Assembly: GCA_023665275.1 (NCBI GenBank)
Contig: JAMPEF010000001.1
Coordinates: 40,924 to 104,923 of the forward strand
Direction: 5' to 3'
From: Alistipes senegalensis
Lineage (GTDB): Bacteria; Bacillota; Clostridia; Oscillospirales; Ruminococcaceae
Length of the DNA stretch: 64,000 bases
Part shown: positions 27,262-36,431 of the stretch, one piece after another
How positions within the stretch are numbered: position 1 is the stretch's first letter
How the letters are laid out: every line of letters starts with the position of its first letter
Notes under the pieces: generated by a model
What the model saw: the letters and a program-made list of their open reading frames with translations, nothing else
The model's database searches: none
Told to the model about the DNA's origin: nothing
Translations under genes and position numbers: made by a program

Positions 27262-27966
27262 TCAAAGAGATTTCTTTTTTATCTGACTGCTGTTTCTGGG
27301 ATATTTTGTCGGAGTATGCGATATTTTTTTTACAATAACTATTTTTCGGTCATCATCGGAGACATCATAAATAAATTCTTCTGTAATTTTTCCGCCGGAA
27401 AGTTCAATAGCATTATTTCCACCGGAAATATTTTCAGAAAGCCCCTTCATAGCCACAAACACACCACCTATCCGGACAAAAGGCAGACATATTTCACTCA
27501 GAACGGACATATTAGCCACTGCTCTTGCGCACGATATATCAAACTTTTCACGATAATCAGATTTTTTCCCGATAATTTCCGCTCTGTCATGTATGAACTC
27601 CGCCTCAATGCCGAGTTTTTCACATAATATTTTCAGAAAAGTTATGCGTTTGTTCAGACTGTCCAGCAAAGTTATTTTTATATCCGGTCTGAAAAGTTTC
27701 AGCGGTACAGAAGGAAACCCCGCACCTGTTCCGACGTCAATAAGACTTGCATTTTCAGGAATTTCAGCGTACTTGTCAATAAGAACGCTGTCAATGAAAT
27801 GTTTATGAAGAATTTCAACAGGTTCTGTTATTGCTGTAAGATTAACATTTTTATTGTACTCAACAAGAAAATCCGCATATAAATCAAGTTTGTTATATAT
27901 ATTCTCCGGAAGTTCAATGTCATATTGCTGGAAACATTCTCTACAGAAAGCGTATTCAGGAAGCAT
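27262..27966 (-). CDS. rsmG: 16S rRNA (guanine527-N7)-methyltransferase
   Basis: SAM-binding IDVGTGAGFP. Start at MLPEY (27966) with a GGAGGAA RBS, 2 nt after the mnmG stop. The ORF-track start at 27999 is over-extended. Confidence 0.9.
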   Translation of the reverse strand: MLPEYAFCRECFQQYDIELPENIYNKLDLYADFLVEYNKNVNLTAITEPVEILHKHFIDSVLIDKYAEIPENASLIDVGTGAGFPSVPLKLFRPDIKITLLDSLNKRITFLKILCEKLGIEAEFIHDRAEIIGKKSDYREKFDISCARAVANMSVLSEICLPFVRIGGVFVAMKGLSENISGGNNAIELSGGKITEEFIYDVSDDDRKIVIVKKISHTPTKYPRNSSQIKKKSL

Positions 27967-27968
27967 TT

Positions 27969-29849
27969 TTATTGTTCCTCCGTTCTGTGTTGCAGCCATA
28001 CATCAAGAAGTGATATGTCTGCCGGAGAAACTCCGGAAATTCTTGAAGCCTGTCCGAGAGAAGATGGCTGTATTTTGTTAAGTTTTTCAATAGCCTCAAG
28101 TCTAAGACCGTATATACCATCATAAGAGAAATTTTCCGGTAATTTTTTTGATTCGTGCTTTCTCATCTGTTCAATCTGTGCGAGCTGTTTTGAAATATAT
28201 CCTTCATATTTAATCTGAAGTTCCACCTGTTCGGTGATTTCGTCGGAGAGTTCAGGTCTGTCGGGGTCAAAAGGAGCGAGCGACTTATAACTTATTTTCG
28301 GACGGCGTATCAGGTCAGCGAGTTTGCAGCCAGTCGAAAGAGAAGAAGTGCCTGTTTTTTCAAGAAAATGATTAATTTTATCTGTCGGAGAGACATTCAA
28401 TGTATTTACACGTTTTATTTCAGTATTTACTTTTTCTATTTTGTCGATAAGCCTTTTATAACGTTTTTCGCTGATAAGACCGACTTTATATCCTATCGGA
28501 GTAAGCCTCTGGTCTGCATTGTCCTGACGGAGTACAAGACGATATTCACTTCTTGATGTCATCATTCTGTAGGGGTCAGAACAGCCTTTAGTCACCAGGT
28601 CATCAACAAGAGTACCAATATATGAACTTGCCCTGTCAAGTAACATAGGTTCACGATTTTTTATTTTAAGAGCGGCATTAATGCCGGCAACTATTCCTTG
28701 TGCGGCAGCCTCTTCATAGCCGGAACTTCCGTTAAACTGTCCCGCACCATATAGACCTTTTATTTTCCTGAATTCCAATGTATCCGAAAGTTGTGTAGGG
28801 TCACAACAGTCATACTCTATAGCATATGCCGGACGCATTATTTCAACGTCTTCTAAACCGTCAATAGTTCTCAGAAACGCAAGCTGAACATCTTCCGGCA
28901 ATGATGAAGACATACCTTGTAAATAATACTCTTCTGTAGATAGTCCCATAGGTTCAACAAAAAGCTGATGTCTTGGCTTTTCAGAAAATCTCACAATCTT
29001 ATCTTCTATAGACGGACAATAACGAGGACCAACACCCTCAATGCGCCCTGAATAAAGTGGTGAGCGGTCAAGATTTGACAGAATAACTTCATGGGTTTTG
29101 CTGTTGGTGTACGTCACATAACAACATACTTTATTTTCAAGACCTTCAACGGACGTCTCAAAAGAAAACGGTACAATATTTTCATCGCCGTCCTGACGTT
29201 CCATGAAATCAAAATTTATGCTTCTCCTGTTGACACGACATGGTGTACCAGTCTTGAAGCGTCGTAATTCAACGCCGTTTTGAATAAGACTTTGTGAAAG
29301 ATATTTACTTGGCAGTGCTGAATCAGGACCACTTTCATAGGAAACTTCACCAATATGAATTTTTCCCTTTAAATAAGTGCCCGTTGCAATTATTACAGCC
29401 TTGACAGAATATTCAGCTCCGAGAGATGTTACTACACCAGTAATTTTCCCGTTCTCAACGATTATTTCAGCTATTTCAGCCTGTTTCACATAAAGATTGC
29501 GTTGTTTTTCACAGACATTTTTCATATAGTCGTGATACATTACACGGTCAGCCTGTACTCTCAAACTATGTACCGCAGGACCTTTGCCTCGATTAAGCAT
29601 ACGGCTTTGTATGAAGCACTTATCAGCCGCCTTACCCATTTCACCGCCGAGTGCATCAATTTCCCTTACAAGATGTCCCTTTGCAGTCCCACCTATCGAC
29701 GGATTACATGGCATATTAGCTATCTGGTCAAGCGATATTGTAAACATAACCGTCCTGCAACCCAATCTTGCGGCGGCAAGAGCTGCCTCTACACCCGCAT
29801 GACCAGCCCCGACTACTGCAACATCAAAATTTCCCATTTTATATGACAT
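27969..29849 (-). CDS. mnmG: tRNA uridine 5-carboxymethylaminomethyl modification enzyme
   Basis: 626 aa. FDVAVVGAGHAGVEAALAAAR FAD motif. Full-length GidA. Confidence 0.95.
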   Translation of the reverse strand: MSYKMGNFDVAVVGAGHAGVEAALAAARLGCRTVMFTISLDQIANMPCNPSIGGTAKGHLVREIDALGGEMGKAADKCFIQSRMLNRGKGPAVHSLRVQADRVMYHDYMKNVCEKQRNLYVKQAEIAEIIVENGKITGVVTSLGAEYSVKAVIIATGTYLKGKIHIGEVSYESGPDSALPSKYLSQSLIQNGVELRRFKTGTPCRVNRRSINFDFMERQDGDENIVPFSFETSVEGLENKVCCYVTYTNSKTHEVILSNLDRSPLYSGRIEGVGPRYCPSIEDKIVRFSEKPRHQLFVEPMGLSTEEYYLQGMSSSLPEDVQLAFLRTIDGLEDVEIMRPAYAIEYDCCDPTQLSDTLEFRKIKGLYGAGQFNGSSGYEEAAAQGIVAGINAALKIKNREPMLLDRASSYIGTLVDDLVTKGCSDPYRMMTSRSEYRLVLRQDNADQRLTPIGYKVGLISEKRYKRLIDKIEKVNTEIKRVNTLNVSPTDKINHFLEKTGTSSLSTGCKLADLIRRPKISYKSLAPFDPDRPELSDEITEQVELQIKYEGYISKQLAQIEQMRKHESKKLPENFSYDGIYGLRLEAIEKLNKIQPSSLGQASRISGVSPADISLLDVWLQHRTEEQ

Positions 29850-29864
29850 TCAAAACACCTCCCG

Positions 29865-29884
29865 AATGTTCCACGTGGAACATT
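29865..29884. promoter_or_regulatory. Solitary perfect 20-bp parS-like palindrome in the 33-bp mnmE-mnmG spacer (overlaps the mnmE stop codon)
   Basis: AATGTTCCACGTGGAACATT exact. Confidence 0.55.
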
Positions 29885-31247
29885 ATTTACCGACACAGAA
29901 CCTTGAAAAGACCTCATCAACGACAGCGTCTGTAATCTTCTTGCCGGTAAGACTTAATAAATATTGTTCAGCCTCATCAATAAGAACGTTTACAGCGTCA
30001 AGAAGTTCTCCGTTTTCAAGAGCAGAAACAGCAGATTCAACACATATCAGTGCAGAATCTATGCACTTTTTCTGACGTTCATTCGCCACCGATGGTGCAG
30101 AAAATGTATTTTCATTTATCTGAAAAATATCCTCTATAGCCTCACGGAGTTTTTCAATACCTCTGTTTTCCTTTGCAGAAAGATATACAATATGCGGAAT
30201 ATACTTCCCTATTTCTTCCGGAATTTCCGGCAATATACCAATATCGCTTTTATTTATAACGGCTATAGCTTTTCTGCTGTCTATTTTACAAATAAGTTCC
30301 ATATCTTCTTGTGTAAGAGGAGAATTTCCGTCGAATACCGCTATAACAAGTTCTGATGAATAAATAAGTTTTTCCGCAATATTCACGCCTATTTCCTCTA
30401 TTATATCATCTGTCTGACGTATTCCGGCAGTATCTGAAAGCCTGAGAACTATATCACCAATCTTCACGGATTCTTCAACAACATCTCTTGTTGTTCCCGC
30501 AATATCCGTTACAATACTTCTTTCACAACCGCTGAGACAGTTGAAAAGAGTTGACTTTCCCACGTTTGGTCGCCCTACTATTGCCGCAGAGACTCCCTCA
30601 CGTATAATGCGACCACTGTCGTAATTCTCAATAAGCGAAGACAGTTCTTTCCGTACTTCCATAAGTTCACGGTGTAAATTTTCCGGCTCAACTTCCGGTA
30701 TATCATCTTCCGGATAGTCCGCCCATGCCGCAAGGTCTCCAAGGATTTTCATTAGTTTTCCGGAACATTTTTCCGCTTTCCTGAACGCAGCGCCCTCACG
30801 GAGATTTTCCGCCATACGAAGTTCACGCTCACCCTTAGCGGAAATTATATCCATGACGGCTTCAGCTTGCGTGAGGTCAAGTTTTCCATTAAGATAAGCT
30901 CTTTTCGTAAACTCTCCTGCTTCTGCATTTTCCGCACCGTTTTTAAGGATTGTGCGGAGAATGCGCCTTGTAACGTATATTCCCCCATGACATGAAATTT
31001 CTGCCACGTCCTCACCTGTATAGCTGTGCGGCGCACGGAATACAGTTAATATGCAGTCGTCGAGACGTTCATCGTTATCGTGTGCAGTTCCGTAACAGCA
31101 CGTATATCCCGACATTTCGGATATAATCTTATTTCCTGCCGGTACGAATACTTTTTCTGCAATTTTAAGAGCGTTATCTCCGGAAATTCTTATTACAGCT
31201 ATACCACCGGTGGCATCGGGTGTTGAAACTGCTGCTATCGTTGACAA
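29883..31247 (-). CDS. mnmE: tRNA modification GTPase
   Basis: G-domain GRPNVGKSTLFN and C-terminal CVGK. The ORF-track start (31256) is a GTG abutting the AGGAG RBS. A TTG at 31247 has 8-nt spacing and is more plausible. Start is non-ATG either way. Confidence 0.9.
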   Translation of the reverse strand: MSTIAAVSTPDATGGIAVIRISGDNALKIAEKVFVPAGNKIISEMSGYTCCYGTAHDNDERLDDCILTVFRAPHSYTGEDVAEISCHGGIYVTRRILRTILKNGAENAEAGEFTKRAYLNGKLDLTQAEAVMDIISAKGERELRMAENLREGAAFRKAEKCSGKLMKILGDLAAWADYPEDDIPEVEPENLHRELMEVRKELSSLIENYDSGRIIREGVSAAIVGRPNVGKSTLFNCLSGCERSIVTDIAGTTRDVVEESVKIGDIVLRLSDTAGIRQTDDIIEEIGVNIAEKLIYSSELVIAVFDGNSPLTQEDMELICKIDSRKAIAVINKSDIGILPEIPEEIGKYIPHIVYLSAKENRGIEKLREAIEDIFQINENTFSAPSVANERQKKCIDSALICVESAVSALENGELLDAVNVLIDEAEQYLLSLTGKKITDAVVDEVFSRFCVGK

Positions 31248-31271
31248 AAAAATCACTCCTGAAAAAAATAA

Positions 31272-32438
31272 TCAGATTTCTATTTTGCCGTAAAGTCCGC
31301 CCTCAATAGCGTCTTCCGGCTTTGGTCTTTTGTAATCCTTTTCAAAACTCGTCGAAATATCCACTTTTTTTCTTTCAAAGTTTCCCTTTTCATGATTCTT
31401 CGGACGGTTATTCTGACGACGTTCATTTTTCTGTCCGTCGTAACGTTTTTTACCGTTATTACGATTATTTCTGTTGTTTTTTCTAGGATTATCCGATGTT
31501 ATTATTATCTTTCTGTATGGCTCTTCACCCACTGAATGCGATGATACACCATCTATCTTTGATATTGCCGAATGAATAACTCTTCTTTCGTATGGGTTCA
31601 TAGGTTCAAGTGGCTGTGGACGTCCTGAACGGAGTACACTTTTTGACACTTTCACTGCAAGCTGTTCAAGAGTTTCTCTTCTCTTCTGACGGTAATTAAG
31701 ACAATCAAGTGTTATTCTGAAATAATCCTTATCGCCCTTATTTGCTATAATGGAGCAAAGATACTGCATTGAATCAAGCGTTTCACCACGTCTGCCTATT
31801 ATAGTACCATTATTTGCACTTTTTATGTCTATAACTGCACTTTTTTCATTCTGATATACAGTAAATTCCGCCTCAACGTTCATTGCTCTGAGCATACTTG
31901 TTATATAGTCGATAGCAAGTTTAACTTTTTCATGCATAAGCGCCTTATCTTCAATCAGAGTTAAATTTTCTGTAGAATATTCATTGTCATCTTCCGGAAT
32001 GTCTTCAATTTCCGCCGGAGTTTCAGCCTTTTCTTCCGGAATATCTATCGGTTCTTCTTTCACTGCCGGAACTTCTTCAATTACTTCTTCAACTGGTTTT
32101 TCTTCTGGAATTTCTACCGGTTCTTCTATTGTTTCATGAACCTCTTCCGTAACTTCCTCTATAATCTCTTCAACTGTTTCTTCTGCTGGTTCTTCAATCT
32201 TTTCCGGAACTTTTTCAACTACCTTAACAGTTTTTTCCGGCTGTACGTCAGATTTTTCTTTCCTGACTTTTTCCACATATGTTGCCTTTACTCTTGCGTC
32301 CTTTGCTCCGAGTCCGAAAAGACCCTTTTTAGCCTCTTCAACCACTTCAAACTTTATTTCGTTTATATTTCTGCCGAATTTTGCGGCGGCGAGCTTTTTA
32401 GCCTCCTCAACCGTCTTTGCAGTAAAAATTTCAGTCAT
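31272..32438 (-). CDS. jag: Jag/KhpB (EloR) RNA-binding protein with a long Glu/Pro-rich linker
   Basis: N-terminal Jag_N, E-rich low-complexity linker, C-terminal KH (IIGRRGETLDSMQYL) and R3H (ERRVIHSAI) domains. Start at MTEIF (32438) preceded by GGAGGT. Confidence 0.85.
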   Translation of the reverse strand: MTEIFTAKTVEEAKKLAAAKFGRNINEIKFEVVEEAKKGLFGLGAKDARVKATYVEKVRKEKSDVQPEKTVKVVEKVPEKIEEPAEETVEEIIEEVTEEVHETIEEPVEIPEEKPVEEVIEEVPAVKEEPIDIPEEKAETPAEIEDIPEDDNEYSTENLTLIEDKALMHEKVKLAIDYITSMLRAMNVEAEFTVYQNEKSAVIDIKSANNGTIIGRRGETLDSMQYLCSIIANKGDKDYFRITLDCLNYRQKRRETLEQLAVKVSKSVLRSGRPQPLEPMNPYERRVIHSAISKIDGVSSHSVGEEPYRKIIITSDNPRKNNRNNRNNGKKRYDGQKNERRQNNRPKNHEKGNFERKKVDISTSFEKDYKRPKPEDAIEGGLYGKIEI

Positions 32439-32461
32439 ATTCATACCTCCATAAAGGATTT

Positions 32462-33604
32462 TCAATCATCATCATTATCGTTTTCGTTGTATTCTTCACC
32501 ATATTTTTCTGCCATACGCTTGCGTGCTTCGTTAAGTTTATCACGGTTCTGTTTATTCATTTCCGACCGTGAAGCCTTACTCTTTCCGGAACTGTTTCCG
32601 CCGCCGTTCTGCTGACGTTCAAGTTCTGCCTGTTGTTCAAGCATTCTCTGCATGAAAGTCTTTTTTTCCGGATGTTTTTCAGCATAAATACGGGCTTTTT
32701 CCTTTTCTTTTTCGTTTATTTTTTCTGTACGTTCAGGGGTGAAATATATATTAAGTCCTAAATTTATCAGGAACGAAAAAAGTGAACTCCATATCCAGTA
32801 GAAGCCTATACCAGCCGGCAGTGCAAATGCCCATACTACCGACATTACTGGCATTAAGTACATCATAAGTGCCATACAGCCACCGCCGGACTGCATTTCC
32901 GGATTTACTTTCTTTTGGTGAATCTGGCTGTATATTGATTGTACCAGCTGTGCAAGTCCTGCAAGGAATGGTATACAGAAAAGTATTATTGATTCTGTAT
33001 TCCATACTTCAGGGTGAAATTCCGGAATTTTTCCCAGATTTGCCCCGAAAACAGTATAGTGTGAACTGAACTCTGAAACCCTTGTCATGAAGTTTTCAGC
33101 AAGTCCACTGAATTTATCGGCTTGTTTGTCAAGCTGTTCCATGATAGTAAGTTCACTTCTCAGATTATTGAAATTACCGACATTATTTCCGGCAAGTTCC
33201 GCCGCTATATCAAATGCCGCCTGACGTATATTTTTTGATATATGCAGAATATGTGTTACAGGCTTGTATACAACATCAATTACACCGAAAAGCAGCAACA
33301 TCTGTACCAGTGCCGGCATACATGAAGCCATAGGGTTTATACCCTCCTGCTGATACAGTTTCTGCTGTTCCTGCTGAAGCCTTTCCGGATTGCTTGCGTA
33401 ACTTTTCCGGAGTTTTTCCATTTTCGGATTAAGTAACTGCATACGTGCGGAGTTTTTCTGTGTATGATAGTTCACCGGAAAAAGCAGAAGTTTTGTCACT
33501 ACTGTAAATATAATTATTGCCATTGCATAGTTATTGCAGAGCGAATAAATCAGATACATCAGATACCCGAAAGGGATTCCGATAATGTCATAAAGTGAAT
33601 TCAA
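32462..33604 (-). CDS. yidC: Membrane protein insertase YidC/SpoIIIJ
   Basis: 380 aa. NYAMAIIIFTVVTKLLLFP TM1. Conserved YidC core. C-terminal basic tail. Confidence 0.9.
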   Translation of the reverse strand: MNSLYDIIGIPFGYLMYLIYSLCNNYAMAIIIFTVVTKLLLFPVNYHTQKNSARMQLLNPKMEKLRKSYASNPERLQQEQQKLYQQEGINPMASCMPALVQMLLLFGVIDVVYKPVTHILHISKNIRQAAFDIAAELAGNNVGNFNNLRSELTIMEQLDKQADKFSGLAENFMTRVSEFSSHYTVFGANLGKIPEFHPEVWNTESIILFCIPFLAGLAQLVQSIYSQIHQKKVNPEMQSGGGCMALMMYLMPVMSVVWAFALPAGIGFYWIWSSLFSFLINLGLNIYFTPERTEKINEKEKEKARIYAEKHPEKKTFMQRMLEQQAELERQQNGGGNSSGKSKASRSEMNKQNRDKLNEARKRMAEKYGEEYNENDNDDD

Positions 33605-33617
33605 TTTCTAATACCTC

Positions 33618-33914
33618 TCAGTTTTGGTTGTCTTTATCTTCATTATGCTGATTACAGCAGTCGCATGAAGTATGGTCATATTTTTTTATGCGGAACGTAA
33701 ATTTTTCCGGCACATAGTCTATGCCACCCATAGACCACGGATTACAGCGCATAAGACGCCATACGGTAAGCAGTATACCCCTGAATGCCCCGAAGCGTTC
33801 TATAGCTGTGAGGGCGTATGTACTGCACGTCGGATAATATTTACAACATGGCGGAAAAAGCGGTGATATGAACCCCCTGTAGAACTTTACAAGCAGAATA
33901 AGCAGATGTTTCAT
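33618..33914 (-). CDS. yidD: Membrane protein insertion efficiency factor YidD
   Basis: [23 protein letters not shown] hallmark sequence. Confidence 0.85.
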   Translation of the reverse strand: MKHLLILLVKFYRGFISPLFPPCCKYYPTCSTYALTAIERFGAFRGILLTVWRLMRCNPWSMGGIDYVPEKFTFRIKKYDHTSCDCCNQHNEDKDNQN

Positions 33915-34279
33915 TTTTTCTTCTTTTCACCGGAAAATTTTTCATATATTTTAATTATTTCCGGCACTCCGTATTTTTCCATGTATGCGCAGTAATCCTG
34001 TGATTTCACTTCACATAGCGGACTTCTTGCGACAATTACTATATCCACACCGACGGGTAGTTTTATTTCTGCATTACGGTAAGCAAGCCGTATAAGACGT
34101 TTTGCCCTGTTGCGATGGACTGCATTTCCTATCTTCTTGCTTGCGGTTATACCGAGGCGGTTAAACGGTCTGCCATTCGGTCTCACGTATATAACCGAGT
34201 ACTTACAGGTTGTAAATTTTCCCTTTTTGTAAAGGGTTAAAAAGTCTCTGTTATCATTAAGGATTTCTGTATAAAGCAT
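33911..34279 (-). CDS. rnpA: RNase P protein component
   Basis: 122 aa. RNR motif [14 protein letters not shown]. Position between rpmH and yidD. Confidence 0.85.
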   Translation of the reverse strand: MLYTEILNDNRDFLTLYKKGKFTTCKYSVIYVRPNGRPFNRLGITASKKIGNAVHRNRAKRLIRLAYRNAEIKLPVGVDIVIVARSPLCEVKSQDYCAYMEKYGVPEIIKIYEKFSGEKKKK

Positions 34280-34381
34280 AATAATAATACCTCAAAAGCG
34301 GAATTTCTGCACGCCGCCGGAAAAACAAGGGGGGTCATTAACAAAAAAGACCACAAAAAAAGATTTTTGTGGTCAGCCCCG

Positions 34382-34516
34382 TCAGTGAGTTAATCTTGCT
34401 CTGCCCTTAGTTCTTCTGCGAGCCAAAACCTTTCTGCCGTTCTTTGTAGCCATTCTCTTCATGAAGCCATGCTCCTTCTTTCTATGGAGCTTTTTCGGCT
34501 GATATGTTCTTTTCAT
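34382..34516 (-). CDS. rpmH: 50S ribosomal protein L34
   Basis: [44 protein letters not shown] (44 aa) with a GGAGG RBS. The ORF-track entry 34382..34618 is an N-terminal over-extension. Confidence 0.9.
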   Translation of the reverse strand: MKRTYQPKKLHRKKEHGFMKRMATKNGRKVLARRRTKGRARLTH

Positions 34517-34897
34517 ATTCAGTTCCTCCTCTCTCTGAAATGTATATGAACCTCCGGAACTTCCGGCCAGTCCTGAATGCAAACACAAGCAATGCGGACA
34601 AACCGGCATTGCACCCAATTATTATATAACAAAAAAGATGACATGTCAAGCAGTTTAAGAAATTTTTTTCAGATTTTTATATATTTTTATATTTTTTAAC
34701 TTTAAACATTAAAATTATTTATTATATTCTCCGAAGAAAAAATAGTAAAATTTTGATATAATATATTTTTTAAAATAATTTTTTTAAATTTTAAAAAATC
34801 ACATTATTTTCATTTAATTTAAATATTTTATCCGTCATTTTGTTTAAAAATATGCTGTATTTTAACAAAAATTTTTCAATTTTTTTTGAAAAAAGCC

Positions 34898-34926
34898 TTG
34901 ATTTTTTTTGCCATATATGGTATAAT
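34898..34926 (+). promoter_or_regulatory. dnaA promoter (TTGATT-17-TATAAT)
   Basis: TTGATT at 34898-34903, 17-nt spacer, TATAAT at 34921-34926. About 145 nt upstream of the dnaA ATG, inside the AT-rich rpmH-dnaA oriC-type spacer. Confidence 0.5.
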
Positions 34927-35072
34927 ATTTACAGGAAAGAATTGCTTTTTTTATTGTTTCCTACCGGAACTGAATACAGGTCAGCCGGAGCGGAAAAATA
35001 TACATGAAAACTGTATTTTTTTACGTCTTACCCGGAACAGCTCCGGAAATATCATTAATACGGAGGGAAAAT

Positions 35073-36431
35073 ATGAAATCAACGGAATCATTTGAGGAAG
35101 TCTTTGAAAATGTAAAAGAATACTGCCTTGAAAATAACAAGATTCCCGCAATTGGTCTGAATACATGGATAGCCCCCTTAAGACCTGTAAGCCTTGAGGG
35201 CACAGAGGCACGTTTTAAAATTCAAACGGCGTTTCAACGTGACCTCGTAAAAGAAACTTACGGCAAAATACTTAAAGATGCTTTAAAAGTCATTCTCGGC
35301 TATGAAGTGGAAATGATTATTGATGTTGAACCAAGAAACGCACAGGCTGTTTCTATGAATTTTTATGACCCTGAAAGCAAAAATTCTGAATTTTCAAAAT
35401 ATGAATATACGTTTGATACATTCGTGGAGGGTCGTTCAAATGAATTTGCAGTAGCCTGTTGTAAATCTGTGGCAAAAAACTGCGGTGAAACGCCTGTCCC
35501 TGAATATAATCCGCTGTTTATATATGGTGCTTCAGGTATGGGAAAAACTCACCTTATAACCGCAATTTTAAATGCAGTCCGTGAAAAACACCCTGAATTT
35601 AAAATAATCTACATGACCAGTGAAAATTTTGGAAATGAATTTGTAAAGGCACTTACCGCCAAACGTATGGCGGATTTTCATGAAAAATACCGCTCAACTG
35701 ACTTATTTATTATTGAAGATATACAGTTCTTTATCGGAAAAGAACGAATGCAGGAAGAACTCTTTCATACATTCCATAAACTGCATCAGGAGTGCAAGCA
35801 GATTATAATGACATCTGATAAAGCACCGAAAGAACTGCAAAATCTTGATATACGTCTTTTGACAAGACTTGAAGGCGGTCTTATAGCTGACGTTTCCGCA
35901 CCTGACTATGAAACAAGACTCGCTATAATCAACAGAAAATCAGAACTGCTTGACCTTAAACTTTCCATAGAAGTGGCGGAATTTATAGCAAACCGTCTGA
36001 AATCCAACATAAGACAACTGGAAGGCGCTGTTATGCGCCTGAAAGCACTGAATCACTTCTCCGGAAGTCCCATAACCATATCAATGGCACAGGGAGTTAT
36101 TCGGGACGTTCTAACAAATGAACAGCCAACACCAATAACGGTTGAAAAGATAATTACGGAAGTTTCAGGGGTTTACGGCGTATCTCCGGACGATTTGCGC
36201 TCAAATAAGCGTGCGTCGCAAGTTTCAATAGCAAGAAAAGTGGCTATATATATAATCCGTGCGATAACACAAATGCCACTTGCCGCCATAGGTGAGGAAT
36301 TTGGCGGAAGAGACCACTCAACTATTGTATATTCCATAACAAGCATTACCGAATCTATGAAAAAAGACCCTAATCTTAATAATCTTGTGACAAATATAAT
36401 CAATAACATAAAAGAAAAAAGTAAACTATAG
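35073..36431 (+). CDS. dnaA: Chromosomal replication initiator protein DnaA
   Basis: AAA+ Walker A GASGMGKTHL. C-terminal DNA-binding domain VAIYIIRAITQMPLAAIGEEFGGRDHSTIVYS. Start at MKSTESF (GGAGGG RBS). The ORF-track start at 35004 is over-extended. Confidence 0.95.
   Translation: MKSTESFEEVFENVKEYCLENNKIPAIGLNTWIAPLRPVSLEGTEARFKIQTAFQRDLVKETYGKILKDALKVILGYEVEMIIDVEPRNAQAVSMNFYDPESKNSEFSKYEYTFDTFVEGRSNEFAVACCKSVAKNCGETPVPEYNPLFIYGASGMGKTHLITAILNAVREKHPEFKIIYMTSENFGNEFVKALTAKRMADFHEKYRSTDLFIIEDIQFFIGKERMQEELFHTFHKLHQECKQIIMTSDKAPKELQNLDIRLLTRLEGGLIADVSAPDYETRLAIINRKSELLDLKLSIEVAEFIANRLKSNIRQLEGAVMRLKALNHFSGSPITISMAQGVIRDVLTNEQPTPITVEKIITEVSGVYGVSPDDLRSNKRASQVSIARKVAIYIIRAITQMPLAAIGEEFGGRDHSTIVYSITSITESMKKDPNLNNLVTNIINNIKEKSKL

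Noticed and set aside
34382-34618. 78-aa version of rpmH and other N-terminally extended ORF-track starts (ldh 2002, mazF 5955, dnaA 35004, dnaN 38502, gyrB 41579, carB 50678, nrdR 58155, rsmG 27999, soj 25715, trxA 22128, rsuA 56814)
   Set aside because: Internal ATG codons with proper Shine-Dalgarno spacing and conserved protein N-termini indicate shorter true CDSs. The extensions lack RBSs.
34620-35070. Canonical DnaA boxes (TTATCCACA) in the rpmH-dnaA spacer
   Set aside because: Only 7/9 matches (e.g. TTATCCGTC about 34829) were found by eye. DnaA boxes could not be called confidently without a PWM scan, so no individual boxes are annotated.
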